The position numbers and the translations under genes are program-made. A DNA stretch of 64,000 bases from NCBI GenBank assembly GCA_004764695.1, contig SMSO01000034.1, forward strand, positions 2,914,001-2,978,000, in the 5' to 3' direction. Positions 10,424 to 21,149 of this stretch are shown in pieces. The stretch comes from Schizochytrium sp. TIO01. Taxonomy: Eukaryota > Protista > Bigyra: Labyrinthulomycetes. Every line of letters starts with the position of its first letter. The stretch's first letter is position 1. Under the pieces are notes generated by a model. The model did not search any database and was not told the origin of the DNA. It saw only the letters and a program-made list of their open reading frames with translations.

Positions 10424-12232
10424 TTATGTAACTGAGAGTTCGAGCTCAGGACGCGGTGTATTGCGCTCGTTGTGATGGTCCGAAGAATCCTGCATCGTAA
10501 GTTCATCCTCAGACTCCGACCCAGCAAGACGAACGTGATCACCACCTCGAGCCATTGAATAGAAAGCGTATAGCATATAGATGAAAGCAATAACAACAAC
10601 GAAGACAGCAACCTGAGCTAGGCCTTGTGAGCTGAGCTGCGCAAAGAGGAACCAGTTGATCTGCACTGCGAGGCACGGAATAAGAGGTACCATGGGTACA
10701 CGAAAAGTATCAACTTTATCCTCCTCGAGGCGACGCACACGAGCCCACAATGCTCCAAAGGTGACCAATGTAAGTATTGCGAAGAAAATTGTTACTCCAG
10801 AACCCCAAGATTTGACATAACCAAGCCCCAAAAACGCAGAAGCAAAGCTGAATATAGTGATAAGAACCCCAGCTTGGCGCTCGTGACGTACACGAATAAA
10901 CATGAGAGCAACATTCGTAAGGATGAAGCTAAGTAAGATCCCTCCACTAATGAGATCGTTTAGATTGTGAAAGGGGACAAAGAGCGAAGTCAATGTCATC
11001 ATGATGCCCGAGGCAATTACACCATAGACAAAGTTGCCGTTCGCAGCTTTATGAGAAAACACCTTCGGGAGCATACCATCCAAAGCTACAGTCGCCTGCA
11101 AGCGGGATTGCGGCAAGAAGCTCACAAGAACAACAGCAGGTAAGACCACAAGAATTTGGCCCACCATTACAACATGCACGGCCCAGGTAGCACCAACATA
11201 CTTAAAGGCGGAACCAAAGCCCTCATTATCATTAATTTCACTTGCAGGAACCATACCAACTAAAACCAGCGATGCGAGGATGTACAAGATTGTAATGATA
11301 ATAATTGTAGCCACAATTGCCACAGGAACATCACGATGCGGGCGTGTGGCTTCCATGACGAGACAGGTGACCTCATCAAAGCCAATGTATCCAAAAAATG
11401 CAATCGTCGAGCCAAGGAAGATACCATGAGCTCCTCCCGTCATATCTTCCGCAGGTTCTGGGATGAACGGGACAAGGTTTGCAGAGTCAAAATACATGCC
11501 ACCTACGAAGATGACAAAAATGACCAGCGAAACCTTGAACACCACCAAGATGTTAAGTGCGATGCGTCCCATTTCAACACCGCCCAGCAGGATAGAGACC
11601 ATGAGCATGCACAGAAAAGCAGCTCCAAGATTGACGCTAGAACCGTTCAATGAATTGATCCAGCAGTGCTGGACATCGTTCTGGTCATTTGAGCATCCTA
11701 AGGCGCCAAGTTCGCTGGCATAAAATGCAACTTTATCGCCCCACGACCGTGCGACCGCAGATCCTGCAATACCGTATTCGAGAGTAAGGAAGAAAGCTCC
11801 GTACACGCCGAAAATCTCGCCAATACCATGAATTCCGAAGCTGTAGGTGGACCCCGCAGACGGAATTCTGCACGCGAGCTCTGCATACGCAAGAGCCGTC
11901 ACAAAACATGCAAGTCCTGCAGCGAGCCATGAAAGGCAGGTGGCGGGACCGGCGAATTGGTGGGCGATGGTGCCAGCCAGTACAAAGATACCAGATCCAA
12001 TGGTTCCACCAACGCCGACGGCCAGCAAAGACACAAGGTCATAGACCCTGAGCGTATCCGGCGCAGCTTCTTCAGCCTGGCGCCGGATGAGCCAGAGCGG
12101 CTTTCTGCGCAGCATCCGTAGCCCCATGGCGCCCTCCGCTGCTCGCAAGGTGCCACCGCGGCCTCCTGTTCCTCCCTCGCCACGCGAACGCGGACCTCCC
12201 TCGCGACCCACGCCGCCCCGGGCGCGGAGCAT
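10424..12232 (-). CDS. Cationic amino acid transporter (APC superfamily, SLC7/CAT type)
   Basis: GVGGTIGSGIFVL, YAELACRIPSAGSTY, FFGYIGFD, C-terminal FRVPMVPLIP and multiple TM segments. First ATG at 12232 (alternative 12127). Confidence 0.93.
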   Translation of the reverse strand: MLRARGGVGREGGPRSRGEGGTGGRGGTLRAAEGAMGLRMLRRKPLWLIRRQAEEAAPDTLRVYDLVSLLAVGVGGTIGSGIFVLAGTIAHQFAGPATCLSWLAAGLACFVTALAYAELACRIPSAGSTYSFGIHGIGEIFGVYGAFFLTLEYGIAGSAVARSWGDKVAFYASELGALGCSNDQNDVQHCWINSLNGSSVNLGAAFLCMLMVSILLGGVEMGRIALNILVVFKVSLVIFVIFVGGMYFDSANLVPFIPEPAEDMTGGAHGIFLGSTIAFFGYIGFDEVTCLVMEATRPHRDVPVAIVATIIIITILYILASLVLVGMVPASEINDNEGFGSAFKYVGATWAVHVVMVGQILVVLPAVVLVSFLPQSRLQATVALDGMLPKVFSHKAANGNFVYGVIASGIMMTLTSLFVPFHNLNDLISGGILLSFILTNVALMFIRVRHERQAGVLITIFSFASAFLGLGYVKSWGSGVTIFFAILTLVTFGALWARVRRLEEDKVDTFRVPMVPLIPCLAVQINWFLFAQLSSQGLAQVAVFVVVIAFIYMLYAFYSMARGGDHVRLAGSESEDELTMQDSSDHHNERNTPRPELELSVT

Positions 12233-14283
12233 TCGTTCTACGACCGAAAAGATCTTCGAAAGCGCCAAACGACAAAGTTCGAAACGAACGAAGAAAACGA
12301 ATCAAAGTCGAGCCCCGAACAGAATCAATCAACAAAGCAACCAGGCCAAAGAGCCAATCCGGAGCAGAATGCAAGCGTTAGGCCACGCTTGCGGGTCTGC
12401 TTGGCTGTAGTTCACTACACCAAAGCCACGTTGACATTATTGGTAGCCATGTTCCCTGTTGTACTAGCCAGATCCTCATTCATTCATTTATTCATATTAT
12501 TTGTCTTCACCTTTTGCAATTTTCTTTTCTCTTTCCTTTCTGTCACTTAGTACAACCTCCTCAGTCTAAACTATAGCAGTAGCCAAGCCCAAGATCGGAT
12601 CCGGGACAGCTACCTTCTGTCTCGTTCTGTTCCTTCGGTGTTCCAATAAGATAGTGATACCTCTTAATAGGTCGTTTTTTTTTTTTTTTCTTGTTTAAAA
12701 AATAGAAAGCAAATCGCCTGAGAATGAGACAACTTGCGGAACCAAGCTGATGTTAGACATTTCGGTATACTTGCAGAAAGCCACAGTTGCAAGCGACTGT
12801 TTATGCTAAGAGACATTTACGACGCTAGCTAACAAGATCTCTCACAGGGTATCCGGGTATACTGTTGAAGCAGCGTGCCTTACTTACATTTGAAAGTAAG
12901 TCTATGCAATCAACCTGCCTAAAGATGAAGGATTGTCTTTTAAGCAGTTACTTTATATTTTGCGATACAATGCATCTACAGGGAACGAGTCCTGGCCTTA
13001 AAAAGGTATCGATTCGCATTATGAGTTATTTTAATCTGTAGTACACCGCTTAAGATGGTGTGATTAGTAGAAGTATGGCCCATGGTTCGAAAATCTTGCT
13101 GACCATTTGCATTCAATTTCATGCCCTATCAAGAAATAATAACAGCACTTCATATTTTATTAACACCTGTTAAAGAAAACATTTCATGAAACAAAGAAAC
13201 TCCAGATCTAAAATCCTTACAATCCTTAAATGCTTCATCCAATTTTTGCATTTTAGCTGAGATTGACAACAAGATCGGTAAACCCAATCTCGAGTTTCAT
13301 ATTTCTGAGAACCACAACATGTGTCACTGACGTTGTACTAATCGAAATTCAAGGGGACGAGAGGTTGCATTTTGTAAACAGAATAATGGCTTAGATAAAG
13401 ATTTCCAATTATTTGTCCGATTCTTCAAATAAAAACATATGTAAACACACCCCTAAAAATATATCAACGGTGAATTATGCACGAATTCATTAGACATGGG
13501 CGTATGACAGCATCTAAGAACCCTCAACACTTTATTCGCTACGAATTCTGGCACAGTAAATAGTTTATTCATCTGAGCTAAACTTAGCCAGCAACATGAG
13601 CCTCTGTGTTAATAAAGGCATCGCATGTTTGGCAAATCAGTCAAGGAATTAATCACCCATTTTTGAATTGAAACTACATCACAAATATAACAATATTCCC
13701 TCCTAGGGCTTCAAAACAGATCCACTATAGAGGAAAAAGTACAATGCAGCAGGTGTTCTTCAAGATTTGGGGGTCGCGCACCAATCGCCATCTTATATAG
13801 CTAAAACAATAGCACTTGTGTGTACCCGTTTTAAGACACGGCGCGACCTAGGGTCTTAATGAATTGCATGAGTGGTCCTATCCAATGTATTATAGTACGG
13901 CGTCCTAAAATGGCTTCCGTTGAATAAAGTACGCGTCCTAAATTGCGGCATCGGTCCTAAAACAGGGACTCTTGCGAAGGCCGTGAAAGCAGCAAAAGAA
14001 GAGACGGTAAATTCAAATTCGAAGTCAAAATCAAATTCAGTCCTCAAACCATGCGAATTCGAAGCTAAGACCAAAGAAAACTTCAGGTTTGGATTTAGCT
14101 TGAAGTTCAAGGTTGAACGCGGGAGCGCGGGAGGGGACTGGAACGACCAGGCTTGGAAAAAAGGAAAGGATCTAATCTCAACCACTCTAATCCAGAGGAG
14201 TAGCTTTTGCTGTACTCCAAAACCAGATCAGATTGACCTTCGCTGGAGCGGGTGGCTTGAGCTTGGTCTTGGCGAGGAAGAAT

Positions 14284-17109
14284 ATGCTTCGCGTACGGGT
14301 CCCGTCGGCGCTGCGGCGCGGCGGTGGCGCGGGCCCGAAGGCCGTGGCGGAGATGGTTTCTCGCACGGTGCTTGTGTACAGCGGACGCAGCGCTGGTGTA
14401 GGTTTGCGCGAGTACTTGGAGTTCTGGTCGCAGCTGACGGTGGAGCAGATCACAGAGCTTGTCTCAGAAATCGTTGCCAAGATTGTGGACCTCGAGAGAC
14501 CCGAAAGGTCCAAGCTACGAGGTGCTACAGCCACAGCGGTCCGCAAGGAAGCGCCGTACAGAGCACTTGTGCAGACGCTCGACTACATTCACCTCTTCCT
14601 TAGGGTCGACTATGCTTCACCGAGGTTCGACCGCGCTGCATCCCTGTGGGAGTCTGCACAGGTGTCTATGTCCTCCCCGGCTGCAATGCGACGCGTCAAG
14701 GAGATCATGAGGGGTATGTTGCACAGAAGATCTAACCCAGGCGACCACCTTGTCACGTATGCGCTTGTGGACGCATGCTCGAGCGGTGTCGATATTGAAA
14801 CCTCTATAGACGCCATGAATAGCCCATTCATGTTTGCTTATGTGAGAAATTATTTGCACCAATCTGATCTTCAGGTTGGCCTTGTAGTTTATACTGAGCT
14901 GGCAAAGTACCTCTCTGGAGTCTTTAATGCGTGCAGGCAAACCCCAGTGGTCTTCAAGGGAACAATGCTAAATCTACTGTTCATGGTTAAGGAGGTATTG
15001 GTTTTGTGGCCTCCACAAAAGTCGGTGGTGGCACTGCTTGAGAATATGGCCAAGATGCTCCACGCATCAGTGCTTATGTGGCCGAAGCCGTACTGCACGT
15101 TTGCCCAGAACGTGCTTGAACGTATACAGATAGAAATTAAAAACCCTGGTTATCACTTGCGAATGAGGCTGTTGCAGGAGCAGCCAGATCTTGGAGTTCA
15201 TCTTCCTTCAGCGGCAAGTGCTCGCATAAGACCGGATGTCACGGTCATTGTCGATGATATGACTCTCTATGGAAACTTTCTCCTTCGTGCTTGCCGGTCC
15301 CTGACAAAATCCAAGGATCGGCCTCGCCTCGACACATTTGATCTAACACAGCGTGACCTTCTCGACAACCTTTTCCATTTGTCGTATATGTATGATCTAG
15401 GGTTCACTGCTACGTCGCTTGGGTCTCAGATAGCGCAGCTCTCGGATGAACAGGTCTCTGAATCACTCAAAATGCTTATGGAGCCCGAGTTACAGTTTCC
15501 TGGTTCTACTAGCATGTCCACAACATCTTCATCGTCATCTTCAACATCTACAAATCCTTCAGTGGGAGCACAGAGCTCTGCATCGACAAGACAAGGTCTA
15601 GCAAATTGGTTGAGCCGTCTCCCGGAAATACGCCATCAGGCACTCGGGGCAAACTTTATCTTGCAGTCTCTACAAACACACGCGGCGCGAAATTGGGACG
15701 AGGAAAATAGCGCAGGAAACGAAAGAAACTTTGCTCACTGGCTTGAGGTCCCGGAGTGCTCCTTTGATTTGCATAGCTATGATGCGATGTTGGAACACCA
15801 AGCTGCACCATTATGGAATACGACTAATCGCCTTCTTTGCTTAGGCACAAATCAATGCGTGCAACATAGTCTGTACTCATTTCGAGCGTCCTTGGCAGCG
15901 TCAGAAGCTAGTTCTCCCGAGGCAATCTACCTAGCACCAGGCCTTTGCCATAATGACTTGTGCGCTTTCCTTGCCTCCAGGGATGTGTGGTACTACAAAC
16001 ATGTGTACGCCCCCTTCTGCGCAAGCCTAAGCCTGTGTCCAGGTGTGGATGAGACACCTTCTATTTCTCGCCGGCGTCGATCTGCTAGTAGTGATGCAGC
16101 AGATATGGATATAGATGGAACTGTTTCTCCTTTGCAGCGTATCGTAGGTCTTCTTTCAGACTACGTACAAAGCGCCGAAGAAACATGCAATGTGCAGATT
16201 TTTGAGGTTCACTGTTTCTCAGATATTAAAAACTCAAAACCTGCTGAAATCATCCCGTTCCTGTGCCGTGTCGAGATTGGACTCGGCGCAGCTGCGCAGA
16301 TTCATAGCAATGCAACTACCGGCCGAGAGCGCGACCGTGTTCGCTCCGTGAGTACAAGCTCGGTTTCTTCAGCTGCGTCCTCGGTTTCCTCTACAGGATT
16401 TCTTTCTCCAACGCAACAAAGTGGCACAATGTCATTCTCGGGCCTCCCTACTGTCGCTACAGCCTCGAGCGCCAACATCGCTGCTACGACGCTCACTCCA
16501 ACACCTCCCGGAGTTTCAAGCCCGGGCATTGGATCGTCTGCAGCAATTAATTTTTCAGCACGCGAGCCGTGTGCATGGGATGAGGCAATGCTAGATCGCC
16601 GATTTCTCCGTAGTGGCGTGGGACCTGGCGCAACTCCTACGATTCAGGTATCAATGGAGGGTGTGAAATTAGATGGTACGGTTCTCTCCAAGGCTCTCAT
16701 GCTGCCTCCTGCTGAGTATCTTTCGCTGGTTCTTTCAAATTGCCCAGCTTATGCAAGCTCTACCTCTGATGGTGCAACATTAACTCCGCTGCCCTACCTT
16801 AGCCACACAGCACAAGTTAGTCCATTGCAGCCTTGGATGCAAGTAAGCTGGATCAAACAGGGCAACGTACAATATCTGACTGATCTCATGCGGAAGCGAG
16901 ATAAGAAGCCCAAAGAGTTAGATGGTCTGGCAGACGCTATTTCACGCGCGCATGAAGAGTTTGATGCTCGGTCAGTAGAGATCACGTCGGAAGGCGAGTC
17001 GTTCCAAATTTGCGTAGATGGTAATATCTTTGGACCTTTTCAGCGAATTAAAGTTGTGCCAGCACAAGATACTTTGCCTGTGCAAACGTTCTTGCCGGTT
17101 GTCTCCTAG
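14284..17109 (+). CDS. PI3K class IB adaptor p101/p84 (PIK3R5/6)-like protein
   Basis: Collinear motifs WPKPYC...IEIKNPG...EQ, RLLCLGT, NDLCAFLASRDVWY, VQIFEV...VEIG..AA, FQICVD and terminal LPVQTF correspond to p101 motifs recalled from memory. First ATG at 14284. Confidence 0.75.
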   Translation: MLRVRVPSALRRGGGAGPKAVAEMVSRTVLVYSGRSAGVGLREYLEFWSQLTVEQITELVSEIVAKIVDLERPERSKLRGATATAVRKEAPYRALVQTLDYIHLFLRVDYASPRFDRAASLWESAQVSMSSPAAMRRVKEIMRGMLHRRSNPGDHLVTYALVDACSSGVDIETSIDAMNSPFMFAYVRNYLHQSDLQVGLVVYTELAKYLSGVFNACRQTPVVFKGTMLNLLFMVKEVLVLWPPQKSVVALLENMAKMLHASVLMWPKPYCTFAQNVLERIQIEIKNPGYHLRMRLLQEQPDLGVHLPSAASARIRPDVTVIVDDMTLYGNFLLRACRSLTKSKDRPRLDTFDLTQRDLLDNLFHLSYMYDLGFTATSLGSQIAQLSDEQVSESLKMLMEPELQFPGSTSMSTTSSSSSSTSTNPSVGAQSSASTRQGLANWLSRLPEIRHQALGANFILQSLQTHAARNWDEENSAGNERNFAHWLEVPECSFDLHSYDAMLEHQAAPLWNTTNRLLCLGTNQCVQHSLYSFRASLAASEASSPEAIYLAPGLCHNDLCAFLASRDVWYYKHVYAPFCASLSLCPGVDETPSISRRRRSASSDAADMDIDGTVSPLQRIVGLLSDYVQSAEETCNVQIFEVHCFSDIKNSKPAEIIPFLCRVEIGLGAAAQIHSNATTGRERDRVRSVSTSSVSSAASSVSSTGFLSPTQQSGTMSFSGLPTVATASSANIAATTLTPTPPGVSSPGIGSSAAINFSAREPCAWDEAMLDRRFLRSGVGPGATPTIQVSMEGVKLDGTVLSKALMLPPAEYLSLVLSNCPAYASSTSDGATLTPLPYLSHTAQVSPLQPWMQVSWIKQGNVQYLTDLMRKRDKKPKELDGLADAISRAHEEFDARSVEITSEGESFQICVDGNIFGPFQRIKVVPAQDTLPVQTFLPVVS

Positions 17110-17801
17110 TTTTCGTATCTTTCCCTTACAACGTTAATCATTGTGTGCCTTCCTATGTGTGCGCAGTATAAAAGAGGGAAAACAATAAATCTTTATTGTT
17201 GGTTCAGTCGCACATACACAATAGTACTATAGTAGACTGAGTTATTATCCCTATAGCCTTGTAAATTGTAATGCAGTATATTTCTATTTTTTAAATAAGA
17301 TTGAGTCTTTAGGCTCTTTTTTTAACAATGGTCTTGATGTTTTAAGGTCGTAGCTATTCACTCTTTTCTATTATTTTGTTTTTAACACACACCGTATAGT
17401 TTCCATGCTTGATACTGAATCCTTGCAAACCGTACTAGCTATGATGTTGGATTGACCTATCAACATTTGTTTTTTGGATCACGGCTAAGATCCAGGTGAA
17501 AGTTTATTTAGTTTGTTTCGTATCCATTTCTCCACTATTTTCGTCTCCTCAGAATGACTCTTTTGATCAATTGTCAAGGGACACATCTAGAAAGTCCCAC
17601 CAAATTCTACCGTTGAAAAAGAGCCCAGAAAAAGCTTAGTATATACTAAAAGACAGCTTTCTATGTTGTGACGCAAAGAGCTCCCGGCAATCAGAAAGGT
17701 TTTCTGAAAAGCTCCTTACTTGAGTGTTGGAGGTCTGTCAAGCGCTTGCTTGTTTCTTTCGATTCGCTCGTGTTACAGCTGTTCGGGGCAAACACCTAAA
17801 G

Positions 17802-18782
17802 ATGGCGAGAGGTGCTGCATCCGCTTCATGCCGTTGGGCCTTTTTAGTTGTGGCGGCTACCTTGGCAACGAGTTCGCTTGCGCAGGTATCGAGTCAGGTC
17901 AGTGGAAGTGATGAATGCGTTGACTTGGGCTCTGATATGAGCTTAATGGCTTCTGGGTGCCTCTATGAGCTGACAGAGGATAACTTTGAGCAATTCCTTG
18001 ACCAATCTTTGGTGTCGTGCGTACTTTTCTATGAAAATGACAACGCAGCCTTTAAAGTTGCTGAGGCTGAGTTCAAGGATGCTGCCTCTCGCTTGGCTAC
18101 CCACGGGAACCTTTCAGTAGCCACCATGCATATTAGCTCAAACCCCAGAGTTGCTCGTTCCACAGCGGCGACTGGACCTGTATCAGTCAAGTTGTTCGAC
18201 AAACGTCTTCGGTCACAGAACTTTTATGATTTGTATGCTCTACATCTGAACGGCCCTCGTTTTGAAATAACTGGTGAGACCCTCTTCAATCTCATGCAGG
18301 ACTACTATCAAAATAGCACAGGGCACGAAGCATTGGACGAAATCGCTCAAGACTTTGCGCATTCTGTTATGCAGAGGGACGACGAATACGCAGAAAAAGC
18401 ACTTGCTCAAGCCCGTGAGGTAGCCAAGGACCTAAGTAATGGTATGGTATACCTTTCTGCGATGGAGTCTGTCAAGAATAAGGGCCTTTATGTTATTGCA
18501 AAGGCGTTTAATGATGTTTCGTTGGAGTTAGGCAGTGCTTCTCAACCTCAAGTGTCTGAATCTAGGCTTCCATTGGAGCAACGGGCACGTGCACTCTTAT
18601 TCATGCATATATCTGGTGAGCTCAGCAAGCCTTTGCTCAGCAAGGGCAAGGTTCCCACTTACACGCGGAAGTTCACGACTCCAGCGGAAGATGCTCCCAA
18701 AGACAGTGAAAAAACAGCGGAAGCAGCACGCGCAGCTGCCGCTCGTGCTGCGGCGCAGGCAGCAGGTACGTCTCTTGAGTGA
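17802..18782 (+). CDS. Secretory-pathway protein with redox-inactive thioredoxin fold and ERp29-like C-terminal helical domain
   Basis: Signal peptide (WAFLVVAATLATSSLA). Thioredoxin start ELTEDNFEQFL..VLFY lacks CxxC. ALDEIAQDF...VYLSAMESVKNKG resembles the ERp29 C-terminal domain. No KDEL. Confidence 0.65.
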   Translation: MARGAASASCRWAFLVVAATLATSSLAQVSSQVSGSDECVDLGSDMSLMASGCLYELTEDNFEQFLDQSLVSCVLFYENDNAAFKVAEAEFKDAASRLATHGNLSVATMHISSNPRVARSTAATGPVSVKLFDKRLRSQNFYDLYALHLNGPRFEITGETLFNLMQDYYQNSTGHEALDEIAQDFAHSVMQRDDEYAEKALAQAREVAKDLSNGMVYLSAMESVKNKGLYVIAKAFNDVSLELGSASQPQVSESRLPLEQRARALLFMHISGELSKPLLSKGKVPTYTRKFTTPAEDAPKDSEKTAEAARAAAARAAAQAAGTSLE

Positions 18783-19038
18783 TTGCAGGGAGCTTTTTAT
18801 CTATCTATGTTCATTGCCAGCTGCTATCATAACTTGGTTCTTCCCGCGAGAGAGAAAGGAAATGACATGAAATATATGGGGAGGCAGAGTATTCACCTTT
18901 TTCTTTTCATGCCGACGTACTTTGAAAGACAAGTAGGTCCCCGTACTTTAAACAATAATAACATCTTTAATTGGGATATATTAATAACAGAATAACACCA
19001 AACGCAAAATAGTGTCGGAATCAGTATCCATACTATGT

Positions 19039-20253
19039 TCAAAGGTTTTGCAGTTCTTTATAAAGCTGTGCTCGTTGAACCCTACGCACACCAGCATTAC
19101 ACCACTGGTTCGCTAACTTCTCTGCAGTTAGGCGAATAATTAAGGGGATATTTTTGTGTAAAGTTGCTTCTATACGTTTATATGCAAGATCCCTGTTAAA
19201 GACTTGCTGCTCAGCTTTCTTTTTATCACAGTGCGCTTGGTATGCCTCCTCTTCTGCGGCTTTTACTCGTGCTTCTAAAGTGCGAAGACGCAATGCTCTT
19301 GGAGTAGAGGTGCGTTTATTCAATGCAAGATTTTGCTTTTTTCGTACTGCCTGAACAGATGTCTGGATTAGTTTGTCCATGTGAGCATTCTCAGAAGTGA
19401 TCTCGCGCAGTGACCGCTCAGCTTGATTAACCTGATCTCGTAAACCCTGCATTTCAAAAGTTGCATCACCCAAGTCATGCTCGGCACGACGTCGCCGCGC
19501 ATTTGCCTCTTGAACTAGAGTTTCAAGGTCAGCAACCCGCTCTTGTTCAAGCCTAAGAGCAGTATGCAAGTATTCTACTTCGCTATTTCGTTCGAGTAAC
19601 TTAGTTTCCAGCTTTGAGATGCGTTCGTGAAGCTCTCCGCGTCTCTCTTCGTCGCTCTCTACCAATTTTTGGCACCGAACAAGATCTACTCCTGTTATGT
19701 TTGTGTCAAATATGGATTTGGCTAGTGCTTGACGCAACTCTTGCTTTTCGGCTTCAGAGCGGAGATGCTGTTCGTAGAGTGATTGGAGAGTTTCAGCGAA
19801 ATGTTTCTTTTGTGCAAAGTCGTATGGCGTAGCTCCCTGTGATGTCTGTGTGTAAAGACTGGCGCCTCGTTGTATCAAATACAAAGAAAGAAGTTCGTGC
19901 TTCTCGTATGCGGCCTCATGCAAGGCAGTTGTGCCACCATGTGCTTGAGCATGAATGTCTGCACCCATGTCAAGGAGAAGACTAACCACAGAAAAATGTC
20001 CCTTTTGAGAGGCAATGTGCAAAGCTGTGTAATCATGGTATGCGGAGTTCACCCATCGTAAAGCTTCTGCAGCATCCGAGGTCTCAGCAAGAATTCCACG
20101 CACGAGATCTTCTTCGCCTGCACGTGCCGCTTTCCATAGAGCCGCGCATGCATCTCCAGACCCCATCACCTCCACATATCGCTGCACGTTCTCAACATCG
20201 TAACCTCCTAGCTTCGGTGGACTCACCAGCGGGGAAAGGCGAGCTTGTTTCAT
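19039..20253 (-). CDS. Ankyrin-repeat protein with C-terminal coiled coil
   Basis: TALHIASQKGH..LLLDMGAD, TALHEAA..LIQRGA, GATPYD; heptad-rich E/R/L/Q C-terminal half. Confidence 0.9.
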   Translation of the reverse strand: MKQARLSPLVSPPKLGGYDVENVQRYVEVMGSGDACAALWKAARAGEEDLVRGILAETSDAAEALRWVNSAYHDYTALHIASQKGHFSVVSLLLDMGADIHAQAHGGTTALHEAAYEKHELLSLYLIQRGASLYTQTSQGATPYDFAQKKHFAETLQSLYEQHLRSEAEKQELRQALAKSIFDTNITGVDLVRCQKLVESDEERRGELHERISKLETKLLERNSEVEYLHTALRLEQERVADLETLVQEANARRRRAEHDLGDATFEMQGLRDQVNQAERSLREITSENAHMDKLIQTSVQAVRKKQNLALNKRTSTPRALRLRTLEARVKAAEEEAYQAHCDKKKAEQQVFNRDLAYKRIEATLHKNIPLIIRLTAEKLANQWCNAGVRRVQRAQLYKELQNL

Positions 20254-21149
20254 GATGATGTTGGCACACTATGCGGTACGCTTCTGATGGCAAGGAAGAT
20301 GGAGAAGAAGAGTTCATCATGACCTTTTGATCCGTTACAAGGTTTGTCTGCTGCTTTAAAAAAAACTTTATTTATTTATACTACTACCAAAATATAATGT
20401 CATACTTTAAACATTCCTTGAATAAAAGACAATGAGCAGGGAATGGAGATTGTACATGCGTTCCATGAAGAAAATAATGGTGAAGAGGGGTAGTTGGAAA
20501 AAAAGGGAAGAAAATAACAGAAACAGAAGGAACCCAAGCAGACATTAGATAGTTTTCGTGGATGATATATGTCTACAAAGCTAACTCGAGACAGAGAAAG
20601 AGTTCAAATAAATTCATCAAATGTGGATCAAGCAAAGAAAATTGAAGAACCAAACTCTTTATCTTTGTAAGGTCGAAAATCGTAGAGAAAGATTTCAACT
20701 ACGTTCATCAAATGTAGATCAATCAAGAATCAAACTTTTCATCTTTTTCTAAAGGCGGTACGATTTTATACATAGGAATATTGATATGTCATGGAAATTA
20801 TCACTAACAGTAAGGTACGTGCATTTGGGGATACCAAAGCATCTGAGTAGGTTCCCTTAAAATTTAGAGTGAAAAAGACAACTCTACAATAACCATGTAA
20901 ACAGAGAGAACTAATTCATGTATGATTTAGAATCCTAAGGAAAGTGTGAGAAGCAATTGGGTTTGAGATCAGAAGTAAAATTCTACTAGGAGAGGATGCA
21001 GATAGAAATGTTGAGAGCACGAATGGTAGATTCGTGACAGCGAAAGCTATCTGGAATCATGCTAAGTTTTAGTCTCGGGATCAGAGGCTACCTACATGAA
21101 TGCAACATGTGTGAAGGCAGAATCATTCACTAACTTTCAGACACAAAGT

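Noticed and set aside
13050-13110. GGTTCGAAA B-box-like sequence (and GGTGTGGCCGAG near 63643)
   Set aside because: No cloverleaf could be folded, so no tRNA was called.
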